Shown here piece after piece: positions 20,141 to 29,793 of a stretch of 64,000 nucleotides of DNA; the stretch's first letter is position 1; the number at the start of each line of letters is the position of its first letter. Below the pieces are notes generated by a model. The model was not told where the DNA came from. It saw only the letters and a program-made list of their open reading frames with translations, and searched no databases. Source of the DNA: a virus. Taxonomy: Duplodnaviria > Caudoviricetes. Location: IMG/VR virus record IMGVR_UViG_3300031555_003522, positions 96,001 through 160,000 of that record; one strand, written 5' to 3'. The position numbers were made by a program, and so were the translations under genes.

Positions 20141-22513
20141 TTGGCTGAAAAGATCTTAGAATCTACATCTAGTAATCAGTTTAAAACAGACTATATTAGA
20201 TATGGTGTTTATATCTTATTCCGTCGAGTATTATCTGATTATAGGGATGGACTTAAACCCGTTCAACGTCGAATCTTATGGGCCATGTTTAAAAATACAA
20301 AGGCTATGGGAAGTAAGGTTAAATCTGCAGCTATTGTAGGAGATGTGATGAAGTATTATCATCCTCATGGAGATGCTGCTATTTATGGAACTATGATTCC
20401 TATGGCTAACTGGTTTGAAACAAAAGTTCCTTTAATTGATCCGGGCGGAAATTTTGGTACGTTTCAGGGAGATCCTTATGCTGCCGCACGTTATACCGAA
20501 TGTCGCTTATCTAAATTTGCAATTGAAAATGTTCTTGGCGATATAATGGATACACCGGAATCTGTCGATTGGAGCTCGACTTATAGCGGTGCTACCATTG
20601 AACCAGATTATTTGCCTGTCAAATTGCCTTTACTACTTGTAAATGGTAGTTTTGGTATAGGCCTAGGAATGAGAGCCGAAATTCCTACCCATAATCTTGC
20701 TGAAGTAATAGATGCAACTTTGTATCTCATGGATCATCCTGATGGCGAAATTACATTAATTCCCGATCACTGTATGGCATGTGAGATAATTAATACAGAC
20801 TTTGATAAGATCTGTAAAGCTGGATTTGGCCATTATAGAATTCGTGGTAAGGTTACCGTTGAGGATTATAAGAATAGAAAAGCTCTTATAATCAATTCAG
20901 TGCCTAATTTGACCAGTCTTAATAGTATAACGGAAAAAATTGAAGATCTGATTAAGAAGAAGAAAATTATTCAGATTGATACTTGTTTTGATGAATCTAA
21001 TGGAGAAGTAATGAGATTTGTAATATTGCTTAAACCTGGTTCTGATCCTAACTTTGTAAAAGAGGTTATTTATAAGAATACTGGTCTTGAGCAAACTCTT
21101 AGAATTAACTTCGAAACCCTTAATGGATTAAATCCTCTTAGAATGTCTTATAAGTCTTATTTATTAAGCTTTATAGACTTTAGAAGGATGACCAAGTTTA
21201 GAGTTTATTCTAATAAACTTCAAGCAATTCAAACAAAGATTCATGAAAGAGAAGCATATATTAGAGTACTCGAATCCGGAGAAATTGATAATATCATTGC
21301 TATGATAAAGAAGCAGAAGACTGTGGATGATGAGTATCTTATCGAGTATTTGATTAAAAAGCTCAAAATCACTGATCTTCAAGCTAAATATATCATAAGT
21401 GCAGATTTAAAGAAGCTGTCTTATGGCTATCTATCCAAATATAAGCAAGAAGCTATGGAGCTTGAGCAAGCTAAATCTATATTAATGGGCAAAATTATGA
21501 GCGATAGAGCAATAGAAGATGATATAAAATCTGAATTGCTTGAAATCAAGGCTAAGTATGGAAAGCCTCGTTGCTGCGCAATTATAGATTCCGCTGAAGC
21601 TAATGATATTCCTAAAGGCGAAATGGTCGTATCTATTACTGAAAAGAATTTCATCAGAAAAACACCGGCTGGTGGCCCTGTTGGAAATATAAAAGGTGAT
21701 AGTATAAAGACAATGATCAAAATAGATAATACTGATAGTATTATTATATTTGATGAAATGGGTAAAGTATTTAAACTTCCTGTTCATAAGATTCCTCTTA
21801 CTGATAAAGGCGGTGCTGGTACTGATATTCGTTTCCTGATCAAAACTCTTACAGCAAATATTAATACAATCATACCAGAAAGTGTTATTAAAATGCTGTC
21901 TGAAAAAGGCCATCATAATAATAAGCATTATCTTGTTACCTTATCCAATGCCGGACTGATTAAGCGTATGGACTTAGATGATTTTACTACAGTTCCTCCG
22001 TCTGGTATTTTGTATGCAAAGGTAGATAAGGGCGATTTTATTAAAGATATAGTAATTGCTCATAGCAATTTTGATCTTATAATTTATGCTCATAGAAAGG
22101 CTGTTATTATTCATCTGAATGATATTCCTTATCTGAAGAGAAATACTAAAGGATCAAAAGCCATGTCTGGTGTTGATTGTGTGGATGGTATGTGCATCAT
22201 TCATAATAATTGCACTGACATAGTAGTAATTACAGAATCTGGACGTGCTAATAGAATTAATTTAATTCATGGCATGCCTAATAATGGCCGTGGCAAATCT
22301 GGCTCTAATCTTATCAAACTTTCATCTGGAGATAGGATTGTAGGAGTAGTCAGTGGTAATGAAAAAGATTTAATCCACATTAAGTGTACTGATACTGATT
22401 CGGTTATTCCAATTGCAAATCTTCAAATTGGAAGTTCTATAAGCACCGGAGATAAGGTCTTGACGACACGTGGAAACAAAATCATTCATTGCTATATTGA
22501 AAAACAGATGTAA
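20141..22513 (+). CDS. gyrA: DNA gyrase/topo II subunit A
   Basis: DGLKPVQRRIL, YHPHGD, AAARYTE, LLVNGSFGIG; C-terminal pinwheel-like repeats; TTG start. Confidence 0.95.
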   Translation: MAEKILESTSSNQFKTDYIRYGVYILFRRVLSDYRDGLKPVQRRILWAMFKNTKAMGSKVKSAAIVGDVMKYYHPHGDAAIYGTMIPMANWFETKVPLIDPGGNFGTFQGDPYAAARYTECRLSKFAIENVLGDIMDTPESVDWSSTYSGATIEPDYLPVKLPLLLVNGSFGIGLGMRAEIPTHNLAEVIDATLYLMDHPDGEITLIPDHCMACEIINTDFDKICKAGFGHYRIRGKVTVEDYKNRKALIINSVPNLTSLNSITEKIEDLIKKKKIIQIDTCFDESNGEVMRFVILLKPGSDPNFVKEVIYKNTGLEQTLRINFETLNGLNPLRMSYKSYLLSFIDFRRMTKFRVYSNKLQAIQTKIHEREAYIRVLESGEIDNIIAMIKKQKTVDDEYLIEYLIKKLKITDLQAKYIISADLKKLSYGYLSKYKQEAMELEQAKSILMGKIMSDRAIEDDIKSELLEIKAKYGKPRCCAIIDSAEANDIPKGEMVVSITEKNFIRKTPAGGPVGNIKGDSIKTMIKIDNTDSIIIFDEMGKVFKLPVHKIPLTDKGGAGTDIRFLIKTLTANINTIIPESVIKMLSEKGHHNNKHYLVTLSNAGLIKRMDLDDFTTVPPSGILYAKVDKGDFIKDIVIAHSNFDLIIYAHRKAVIIHLNDIPYLKRNTKGSKAMSGVDCVDGMCIIHNNCTDIVVITESGRANRINLIHGMPNNGRGKSGSNLIKLSSGDRIVGVVSGNEKDLIHIKCTDTDSVIPIANLQIGSSISTGDKVLTTRGNKIIHCYIEKQM

Positions 22514-22573
22514 TTATATGGGAGGGTTCTGCATGATCCCTCCCATTATTTTTTATAAAGGAGAGTAATTTTT

Positions 22574-23164
22574 ATGTCTAATGAAAAGAAAATATTTGAA
22601 ACTAGAGATGATTCTATTATAGAATATTCTAAATATGTAAATGATCATATTGCTCATATACATATGGCATTTACAGAATTTGGACCTAAATTATGTAAAG
22701 ATATAGAGGAAATGATTAATCTTCATGAAGATTTATATCTTTTAGTAAGGCCTAGAATATTAAAACATGACGAATCTAAATTTACTGAAGAAGAGTTTAT
22801 GCCGTATGCACAAAAATTCTATGCATGGAAAGGCATGGATAAATCTCAAGAGGAAGTAGAGGAAGAATTCAATAAAGCTTGGGATCATCATTATAAAAAT
22901 AATGATCATCATCCTGAGTATTGGGTAAAGGATAATATTCCAACCAATATGTATCCTTCTGCTATTGCAGAAATGTTAATAGACTGGATAGCTATGAGTA
23001 TGGCAAGAAATCAGAATATGTATGAATGGTGGACAAATGATAAGGGTGGTAAGGATGAGAAATCTAAATTAATGACCAAAACAGATTTTGATATAGTAAA
23101 TCGATGGATGGAAATGAGTAAAAATTTTATAGATTTCTCTAAGCGTAATAATGATAATGAATAA
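22574..23164 (+). CDS. HD-like metal-binding protein (DUF5662-like)
   Basis: HI.H, HDESK, WDHHYKNNDHHPEYW, EMLIDW. Confidence 0.75.
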   Translation: MSNEKKIFETRDDSIIEYSKYVNDHIAHIHMAFTEFGPKLCKDIEEMINLHEDLYLLVRPRILKHDESKFTEEEFMPYAQKFYAWKGMDKSQEEVEEEFNKAWDHHYKNNDHHPEYWVKDNIPTNMYPSAIAEMLIDWIAMSMARNQNMYEWWTNDKGGKDEKSKLMTKTDFDIVNRWMEMSKNFIDFSKRNNDNE

Positions 23165-23252
23165 AAATATATTATATAGATGAGTACGATCCACATAAGT
23201 ACTCAGAAAACCACATTTTACCACAAGACAAAAACAAAGAGGAGAATGAATT

Positions 23253-23609
23253 ATGAAAATGCACCAGAGCGATGCTATCGATGGAAGCACTGTGAGGCCT
23301 TTAGCCAGTACAGCATCGAGAGCAAAGAAACCCATGTCCAAAAGCAAAAAACAGAAAATTCGTAAACAGAGAATGAGACTCCTTTGGATTGCCACAAAGA
23401 TCATCTGCAAGAGATTGCTGATGTTCATCGGACTCCTTTTCGCATATGCTTGTACCTTTGGCGGTATGTTAGGCCTAATCGTTCTAATGGTACAGCCTGA
23501 AAATCCTTGGGCATATGCGATTCTTGGGGTATCCATTGGGTATATGTTTCTGGTATGCAACTGCAGAATTTTTGAGTACATTGGAGAGAAAAAGTGGTGG
23601 AAGAAATAA
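23253..23609 (+). CDS. Small membrane protein
   Basis: Basic N-terminus followed by two hydrophobic segments; GAGGAG RBS. Confidence 0.75.
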   Translation: MKMHQSDAIDGSTVRPLASTASRAKKPMSKSKKQKIRKQRMRLLWIATKIICKRLLMFIGLLFAYACTFGGMLGLIVLMVQPENPWAYAILGVSIGYMFLVCNCRIFEYIGEKKWWKK

Positions 23610-23740
23610 TCACCATACTCTGATGTGCTAAAAAAGATATAAGAGGGGCTCCGGCCCCTCTTTTCTTTTTTTTTTTATATTTTGGCGTGTTTTCAATATC
23701 TCAACATCTGAATAAATGAATTAAGGAGGTAATCATAGAT

Positions 23741-24976
23741 ATGTCTATTTATGATATTACATCTGAAGATAGAGTGATTTTAAAAGAAGCTGCAATGAAA
23801 TTAGATGCAGATACTGATGCTATAAAAAGAAAAATATATCCTAAGGTTGAAGAGGTATTACAATCTTCTTCTATAGTAAATGCTTATAAACGAGTAGTAA
23901 ATGATTTTGTATCATATAGGTATGAAGAGCTATACGATTCTCTTCCGTGTGCTAGAATGGTGTGTTCTGATGCAGAAATGGATAAAACCTTTACTGCTCT
24001 TAAAATAGATAAAACTTTTGTAAAGAAAGTTATTATTGATGAGACCTATTATGGAAAGATAGAGCACTTTTCTCCTCTTGCTGCTAAACATGAATTTACT
24101 ATTCTTATGCTAAATATTATTAGATATTTTTCTAATAAGAAGATGAATAAGGAAGCTGAATTGGCTCTTATACATCTTGCATTTTCTGGTAAATTTTATC
24201 CTTCTCTTCATTATAGATCTTATCCAATAGTACCAGCAAGATATGTAATGGAGTATGTTGTAAATAATAGACTTAGTAAAAAATTCGATCTTGCTACATA
24301 TGGTAGTGTAATTGGAGCGGTTAAGTCTGTTAGTAAAACTTGGTTAGAAAGATATCAAGATAAATTTAAATCTTTTACCGATGATGATATTAAATATCTG
24401 ATTGATCAGTTATATTCTAGAATCGGATCTTTTATAAAAAATGTAGCTACAGAGTACTACGATGTATATAATAATAAGGATGCTTATTTTGCATACTATT
24501 CTGATTCTACAGATCCTGATGATTATCATATAGCCGATAACGACATGTATAAAATTTCTCGCTATACAGAAAAAGCTGTAAATTATATAAATATTAATGG
24601 TATAGATTATAAGACATGTAAGGTCTGTTCAAATTCTGATATAACTCCAAATGAGTGTAAAGCTGTTATAGAAAGTATTATTTCTACTAAAGAAAATATT
24701 ACTACTATAAAAGAATTAATTTCTCTTATGATAGCTTTATATTTCTCTACCGGAGAAAATGATCTTACCAATATAAATTTCATTACATATACTATTTCTC
24801 CCAAACCTAATGCAAAACAGAAAGAAATAGTTCGAATGAAAGAAATTATTGAAGAATGGTTATGCGAATCTGGTACAGCATATATGAGACGTCGTTCTAG
24901 AGTTGCTACAAGAAATGCTTATGAACGAGCTGTTCGTATGTACTTTGCTCTTACTATTCATAAAGCTAATAGATAA
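23741..24976 (+). CDS. Hypothetical protein (late-type promoter)
   Basis: 411-aa ORF, AAGGAGGT RBS. Confidence 0.85.
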   Translation: MSIYDITSEDRVILKEAAMKLDADTDAIKRKIYPKVEEVLQSSSIVNAYKRVVNDFVSYRYEELYDSLPCARMVCSDAEMDKTFTALKIDKTFVKKVIIDETYYGKIEHFSPLAAKHEFTILMLNIIRYFSNKKMNKEAELALIHLAFSGKFYPSLHYRSYPIVPARYVMEYVVNNRLSKKFDLATYGSVIGAVKSVSKTWLERYQDKFKSFTDDDIKYLIDQLYSRIGSFIKNVATEYYDVYNNKDAYFAYYSDSTDPDDYHIADNDMYKISRYTEKAVNYININGIDYKTCKVCSNSDITPNECKAVIESIISTKENITTIKELISLMIALYFSTGENDLTNINFITYTISPKPNAKQKEIVRMKEIIEEWLCESGTAYMRRRSRVATRNAYERAVRMYFALTIHKANR

Positions 24977-25149
24977 AAGAATAATCCCCATGCCAAATAT
25001 AGGCATGGGGATTATCTTGTGTACAATTGTTATAAAGAAAGAAGAAACAAGACATGGAACTTTTTCTTTTATAAAAAACTGAAGTGGAATGATGAAAAGT
25101 ATTAAAATGGCGAATTTTAAAATACCTTCCACCCTCATCCACCAGCTTT
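24971..25149 (-). ncRNA. Candidate sRNA B (~175 nt), antisense to the RNAP beta translation start
   Basis: Minus-strand AACT-N6-TA at 25160-25149; 5' hairpin domain; segment 25062-25025 complementary to 31101-31132; terminator 25016-24971. Confidence 0.7.
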
Positions 25150-25284
25150 ATTCTAAAGTTCGTTAACTTTTTAATCTTTACATTTTACTTCTTTATTTTC
25201 TTATTTTTTTTTAATTTTTAGTTATAAAAAAATATTTTTCTATATTTAAATATCATAGGTATAATATAATCACTAGATAATTAT

Positions 25285-25377
25285 ATTAAAAACGGGAAAC
25301 AGAATTAAAAACGGGAAACAGAATTAAAAACGGGAAACAGAATTAAAAACGGGAAACAGAATTAAAAACGGGAAACA
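25285..25377 (+). repeat. Tandem 19-bp repeat ATTAAAAACGGGAAACAGA, 4 full copies plus 17 bp
   Basis: Exact copies start at 25285, 25304, 25323, 25342 and 25361; the last runs into a 13-bp inverted repeat (25373-25404). Confidence 0.97.
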
Positions 25378-25439
25378 TGGAAAACTCTAATGTTTTCCAT
25401 GTTTATTTCTAGAATATAAAATATATTTAACTAATAGAT

Positions 25440-26110
25440 AAAAGAATATATAAGAAAATATATCTATTATATATTTTGTAGCATTCACTTCTATATTATT
25501 ACCTTCTCTTTATCAAGAGATAAATAATTTTATTTATAATCCTACAATTTAATATTCAATATTATATTAGTGTATCATCTTTCACGAAACACGGTGGACT
25601 GTCTTTCCAAATGATATAATAATATAACAAACTCCAAGCTCTAGACGATTCTGCATGTCTATACTTACACTCACTTCTTATCTCTTTTTCTTATAAATAA
25701 AATTATTATTTAATTTTAATAAAAATGAAGGTTTGGTCTATAAATATATTATTTATAGATATATTCTATTATAGTATTCTTTGTCATGTATGCTATACCA
25801 ATATGCGCGACATTTTTAAAAAGCCGAAGTAAAAACTATTCAATACTATCTATCTAACTACCTTGGCAAGAGCGAGAGGCAAATAATGCATCTGCCAGAA
25901 AAGAGATATAAACATATTTCATTATCTCTTTTATATTAAACCTTAATAAATTTTATTGGTTTAATATAAATATTAGTATCGAGTATCATCAAAGGCTAAG
26001 AGCTATACTTTTTAGGTAATCGCTTGATTTCGTTTTTTCTAATCTATGCTATATTTCTCTCTATAACATTACCCTCTAGATCTATATAGATCTAGAGGGT
26101 ATTTTCTTCT
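25440..26110 (+). ncRNA. Candidate long structured ncRNA C (~670 nt)
   Basis: AACT-N6-TA at 25429; no ORF of 60 aa or more; several nested stems; terminator 26070-26111. Confidence 0.45.
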
Positions 26111-26169
26111 TCTAAAATACTGGACATATAATTAAACATAATTCTTTATTTTAGGAGGTTCATAAAATA

Positions 26170-26901
26170 ATGAATGCTCAACGTGAAAAAGCAGAAGCTT
26201 TGATATATAGTGTATTTGATAAATTAGATAGTAAGCAATATAATTCATCTTACTATAAAAATCTATTTTCTAAAATGAGTGATACTCAATTCTTTGAGTT
26301 TTGTAAAAGAAGATTACCTTTTAGGTTTCATACTAAACCTTTTATAGTTGAACCTAAGATGTTTGATATAGAAGAAGCATTAAAAGTATTAGGCGTTCCT
26401 CTTCTTGAAAAAGTAGCTTTACCTTATCTTTATATAAATAAAGATGGAGAACCTGTTTGGTCTAAAGAAGCTATGGTAATATATATTCATATTAAGAAGA
26501 TGAAACAGTTTATTACTAAAAAGAACTCTACACCTACATCTATAAGTAATCGAGATATGAAAACTGGTCATCTTGTATCCTTTGATAAAGGTGGAAAGAC
26601 CAGCGACAGGGAAATGGAATCTCTTGCTGTTATGGGTCTTGATCATACTATGGATGAATTCTCTACTTGGAGAGCAGATTATATGGATGCTAAAGCAACA
26701 GCATACCAGACAATCAGTACTTTAGGTACGATATCAAAATCCGATATTCCGATTGATCCTATGGATTCCATATCTAAAAATACATTAAACGTATATATGA
26801 CAGCATCATTAATTAATTCTAATATGCTTAATCAAGATTATATGCTTCCTAAAACTATAGCAGATAGACATGCTAAAGTTGAAAGAGAAACTGAAAATTA
26901 A
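26170..26901 (+). CDS. RNA polymerase beta, extreme C-terminal fragment (probably virion RNAP)
   Basis: YIHIKKMKQFITKKNS..RDMKTG..DKGGKTSDREMESL aligns to the beta YxxKLxH..DK..GGQRFGEME region. Confidence 0.75.
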   Translation: MNAQREKAEALIYSVFDKLDSKQYNSSYYKNLFSKMSDTQFFEFCKRRLPFRFHTKPFIVEPKMFDIEEALKVLGVPLLEKVALPYLYINKDGEPVWSKEAMVIYIHIKKMKQFITKKNSTPTSISNRDMKTGHLVSFDKGGKTSDREMESLAVMGLDHTMDEFSTWRADYMDAKATAYQTISTLGTISKSDIPIDPMDSISKNTLNVYMTASLINSNMLNQDYMLPKTIADRHAKVERETEN

Positions 26902-26970
26902 TATTACTTTAAGTATATATTATACTTATGAGTGGTAAACCTATAAATATAAAATGGAGGATAAATAACT

Positions 26971-27117
26971 ATGATGAATAATACCACTAAACCCGAGTAT
27001 GGCGTAATCAATGAACAGGGATTTGTAGCAGGCAATGGTCTTGGCTTTAATCCCTTCGATGAAGCTGAATTGGATCCCAATAAGAATGAAAATTCTGAGG
27101 ATGAAGATAATAAGTAA
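26971..27117 (+). CDS. 48-aa acidic peptide (not in the ORF track)
   Basis: Early-type promoter 26916, GGAGG RBS, MMNNTTKPEYGVINEQGFVAGNGLGFNPFDE.., followed by a hairpin. Confidence 0.75.
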   Translation: MMNNTTKPEYGVINEQGFVAGNGLGFNPFDEAELDPNKNENSEDEDNK

Positions 27118-27219
27118 CTAACTACCTTATAAATCAAATGAGAGCAGAGACCCACATCTCTGCTCTCATTTGTTTAAATATATAAAAAAAAAACAAATTT
27201 TAAAAGGAGAATATTTTTC

Positions 27220-28197
27220 ATGAAGAGTTATTTCCAGAGACTACTTAAAAAGGAGAACGGTAAAGCCAAGACAGTATTTCTGTTCTGTAATATTGTTCTT
27301 CTTGTAGCAGTTATGGTAGGTGTATGGGGAGTATATAATCCTGTTACAGGCCAGATCATTCTGCCGCCTCCTGCAGCAGATAAGATCATCGAAACCACTT
27401 CTCCCAGCACTGAAGAGACAATTCCTACTGAAAGCACAACCACTCCGACAGATACAACAGTACCTATCGAAACTACAACCCCTAAGGAGGATGAGACTAC
27501 TACAACTGTACCTGAGACTACAGTACCCGAAACCACAGTTCCTCCTACTACAGTTGTAGATACTTATCCTATTGAGCATATCGTTCAACCTGGTGAATCC
27601 TGGTATAGTATTTGCAGAAGTTATTTTGATAATTACGAATACGTAAATGCTATCGCCTATACGAATAAGAGTCAGCTCAATGATTGCATTTTTGTAGACC
27701 AGATCATCATCATTGAAGATGAAGAAACTCTTAAAGAGACCAATGAATATATTAATTCTATTCAAAATGGCTCTAATAATCTTATTACTTTCTTTAAAGG
27801 CGAATATGGTTATTCATATGGAACAAGACCTAATCCTGCAATTGATATTACTGTAAGCGAGAATAGCTTAGGTAGGAATTATACTGGAGAAGTCGATGTT
27901 TCTGAATTTGAGTTCGTTGGTGAACATTTTATTACAGCATATGATCCTTACTGCACACATTGTTGCAGTGGAACTGGGTTAATGGCATCTGGTGTTTATG
28001 CGGTTAATGGTTATTCCGTAGCAGCAGGAGCCTATCCTCTCGGTACCACTCTCTATATCGAAGGATATGGATTTTATGTTGTTGAAGATAGAGGTGTTGA
28101 GGGTAAGCATATTGACATTGCTGCACCTAGCCATGAAGCCTGTTATGATCTTACCGCTAAAAATATACGCGTTTATATTGTACCCAACAATAATTAA
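27220..28197 (+). CDS. Membrane-anchored LysM + 3D-domain cell-wall protein
   Basis: N-terminal TM, Thr/Pro/Glu linker, LysM (HIVQPGESWYSI), 3D domain (ITAY..VEDRG..HIDI). Confidence 0.88.
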   Translation: MKSYFQRLLKKENGKAKTVFLFCNIVLLVAVMVGVWGVYNPVTGQIILPPPAADKIIETTSPSTEETIPTESTTTPTDTTVPIETTTPKEDETTTTVPETTVPETTVPPTTVVDTYPIEHIVQPGESWYSICRSYFDNYEYVNAIAYTNKSQLNDCIFVDQIIIIEDEETLKETNEYINSIQNGSNNLITFFKGEYGYSYGTRPNPAIDITVSENSLGRNYTGEVDVSEFEFVGEHFITAYDPYCTHCCSGTGLMASGVYAVNGYSVAAGAYPLGTTLYIEGYGFYVVEDRGVEGKHIDIAAPSHEACYDLTAKNIRVYIVPNNN

Positions 28198-28274
28198 TAA
28201 GAGGTAAGTTTTACATACACCCAGGGAACTTATCCCTGGGTGTTATTTATTTTTCTTATGAAAGGAGAAGAACA

Positions 28275-29171
28275 ATGTATAACCAAAACCCGCACTATAT
28301 CGTTCCTTTTCAAGATCTTATGCAACAGACACAGCAACATCCTGCTCCTCAGTCAACACTTATTCAGCCCAGCCTTGATGAGCTTAATAAAACTTTTTTC
28401 AAGAATAAGTTAGCCAGCAATCAGCTTAATGAGTATGAATTGGCTAGTCTTATTAAGAATAATATCGAGACTATGGCTGATGATATTCTTGGCGGCGATC
28501 AGTTCTATAGCCCCTATCTCATGAATCCTTCTTTTGTTAAGGCATTCATTAGAGCAATTTCTTCTATCCCTATTGGATATAAGGAGAGATTGCTCTGTAA
28601 TAAAATAGTCTATGACTACTTTACGTTTGATAATCCTGATAGATCTCTTAAAGAGCAATACTTGTCTATGGCAAGAATTGTAAATCAGGACATCATTCAT
28701 AGGCTCCAGAGTATTGGGGTTGATGAAAATACCGCATGTAATCTCGCTCTTGCAAGATATTCTTCTAAGAACGAAAAGACAAATGTTAAGCGCCTAAACT
28801 TCGTTATCTATCATAAGGATCCTGAAATTATGACAGAGCAGCGTGTTGTATGGATTTATGAGAAGCTTTTCGCTCCTCATATGAATGATCTATTTCAAGC
28901 AACAATGTTTGAGGTATATCCGCCTATCCAGCAGCAAGAGTTTGGTGAAAACTTTATGGAAGTCTATGGTGTAGTCGGACTTGCAGTTCTTTGTATTCTG
29001 AACAATATGAAGTCCGATGATATTCGTAGAATTCTTATTGGATATCATTCCGAATGGGAATATAAAGGACATCCGGAAGTGAGATTTGGCCTACGATCCT
29101 TGAGTGAGGATTATTCCAGAATTGCAAGAATGGTTGAAATGCTTCATCAGCAGGGTATTGATATCCCCTAA
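28275..29171 (+). CDS. Hypothetical protein
   Basis: 298-aa ORF with RBS and terminator. Confidence 0.85.
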   Translation: MYNQNPHYIVPFQDLMQQTQQHPAPQSTLIQPSLDELNKTFFKNKLASNQLNEYELASLIKNNIETMADDILGGDQFYSPYLMNPSFVKAFIRAISSIPIGYKERLLCNKIVYDYFTFDNPDRSLKEQYLSMARIVNQDIIHRLQSIGVDENTACNLALARYSSKNEKTNVKRLNFVIYHKDPEIMTEQRVVWIYEKLFAPHMNDLFQATMFEVYPPIQQQEFGENFMEVYGVVGLAVLCILNNMKSDDIRRILIGYHSEWEYKGHPEVRFGLRSLSEDYSRIARMVEMLHQQGIDIP

Positions 29172-29299
29172 ACAGATAAGAATGGGTACAATTAGTACCC
29201 ATTCTTTTTTTTTTACTTTTTATACCACAGACAACTTTTTAATAAATAATTAATAGGTATTGGTAACCTATTAAAATTTTATTTGGAGGTCGAGTAATT

Positions 29300-29767
29300 A
29301 TGGTAAATTTAGCATATGTAACCCCCGAGCAAAAGCCCTTTACTATTGGTGAAGAATCCAATTATCAATTTATCTATACTAAATATGATGATTCCATAGA
29401 TTCTTTTGGTATAGATAGAAAAGTAATTGAACTTGCGAAATGTGCATACAATGGATCTTTTAGACACCATTTGATTTTTGAAATGCACAATCCTATTATG
29501 GGATTGATTAAGGAAACTAATTTGGATAATGTGGATATAGATTCTACGGTAGACAAAGTTTCTTCAATCATCAAAAAGTTAATCGAATATGATTATAGAA
29601 TGTTTATCGATGCTATGACAATTTTAGCTGCAATGCTAGAATCTGCAGATTCTGAACAACGTGTTGGCTATTTAGAGTTTGTAATCGATAGCTTATTCCC
29701 CAATGATTTAGAACCTGCAGATGGCCCTCAAGAATCTGCAGGAGAAGTGAATGCATCCAATGAATAA
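29300..29767 (+). CDS. Hypothetical protein
   Basis: GGAGG RBS. Confidence 0.8.
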   Translation: MVNLAYVTPEQKPFTIGEESNYQFIYTKYDDSIDSFGIDRKVIELAKCAYNGSFRHHLIFEMHNPIMGLIKETNLDNVDIDSTVDKVSSIIKKLIEYDYRMFIDAMTILAAMLESADSEQRVGYLEFVIDSLFPNDLEPADGPQESAGEVNASNE

Positions 29768-29793
29768 AAAATATTAAAATATAGGTGATAAAA

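Noticed and set aside
24860-25138. 92-aa minus-strand ORF
   Set aside because: Runs through a terminator into the antisense of a real gene; better explained as sRNA B.
25285-25377. Repeat array as CRISPR
   Set aside because: Repeats are head-to-tail with no spacers, and there are no cas genes.
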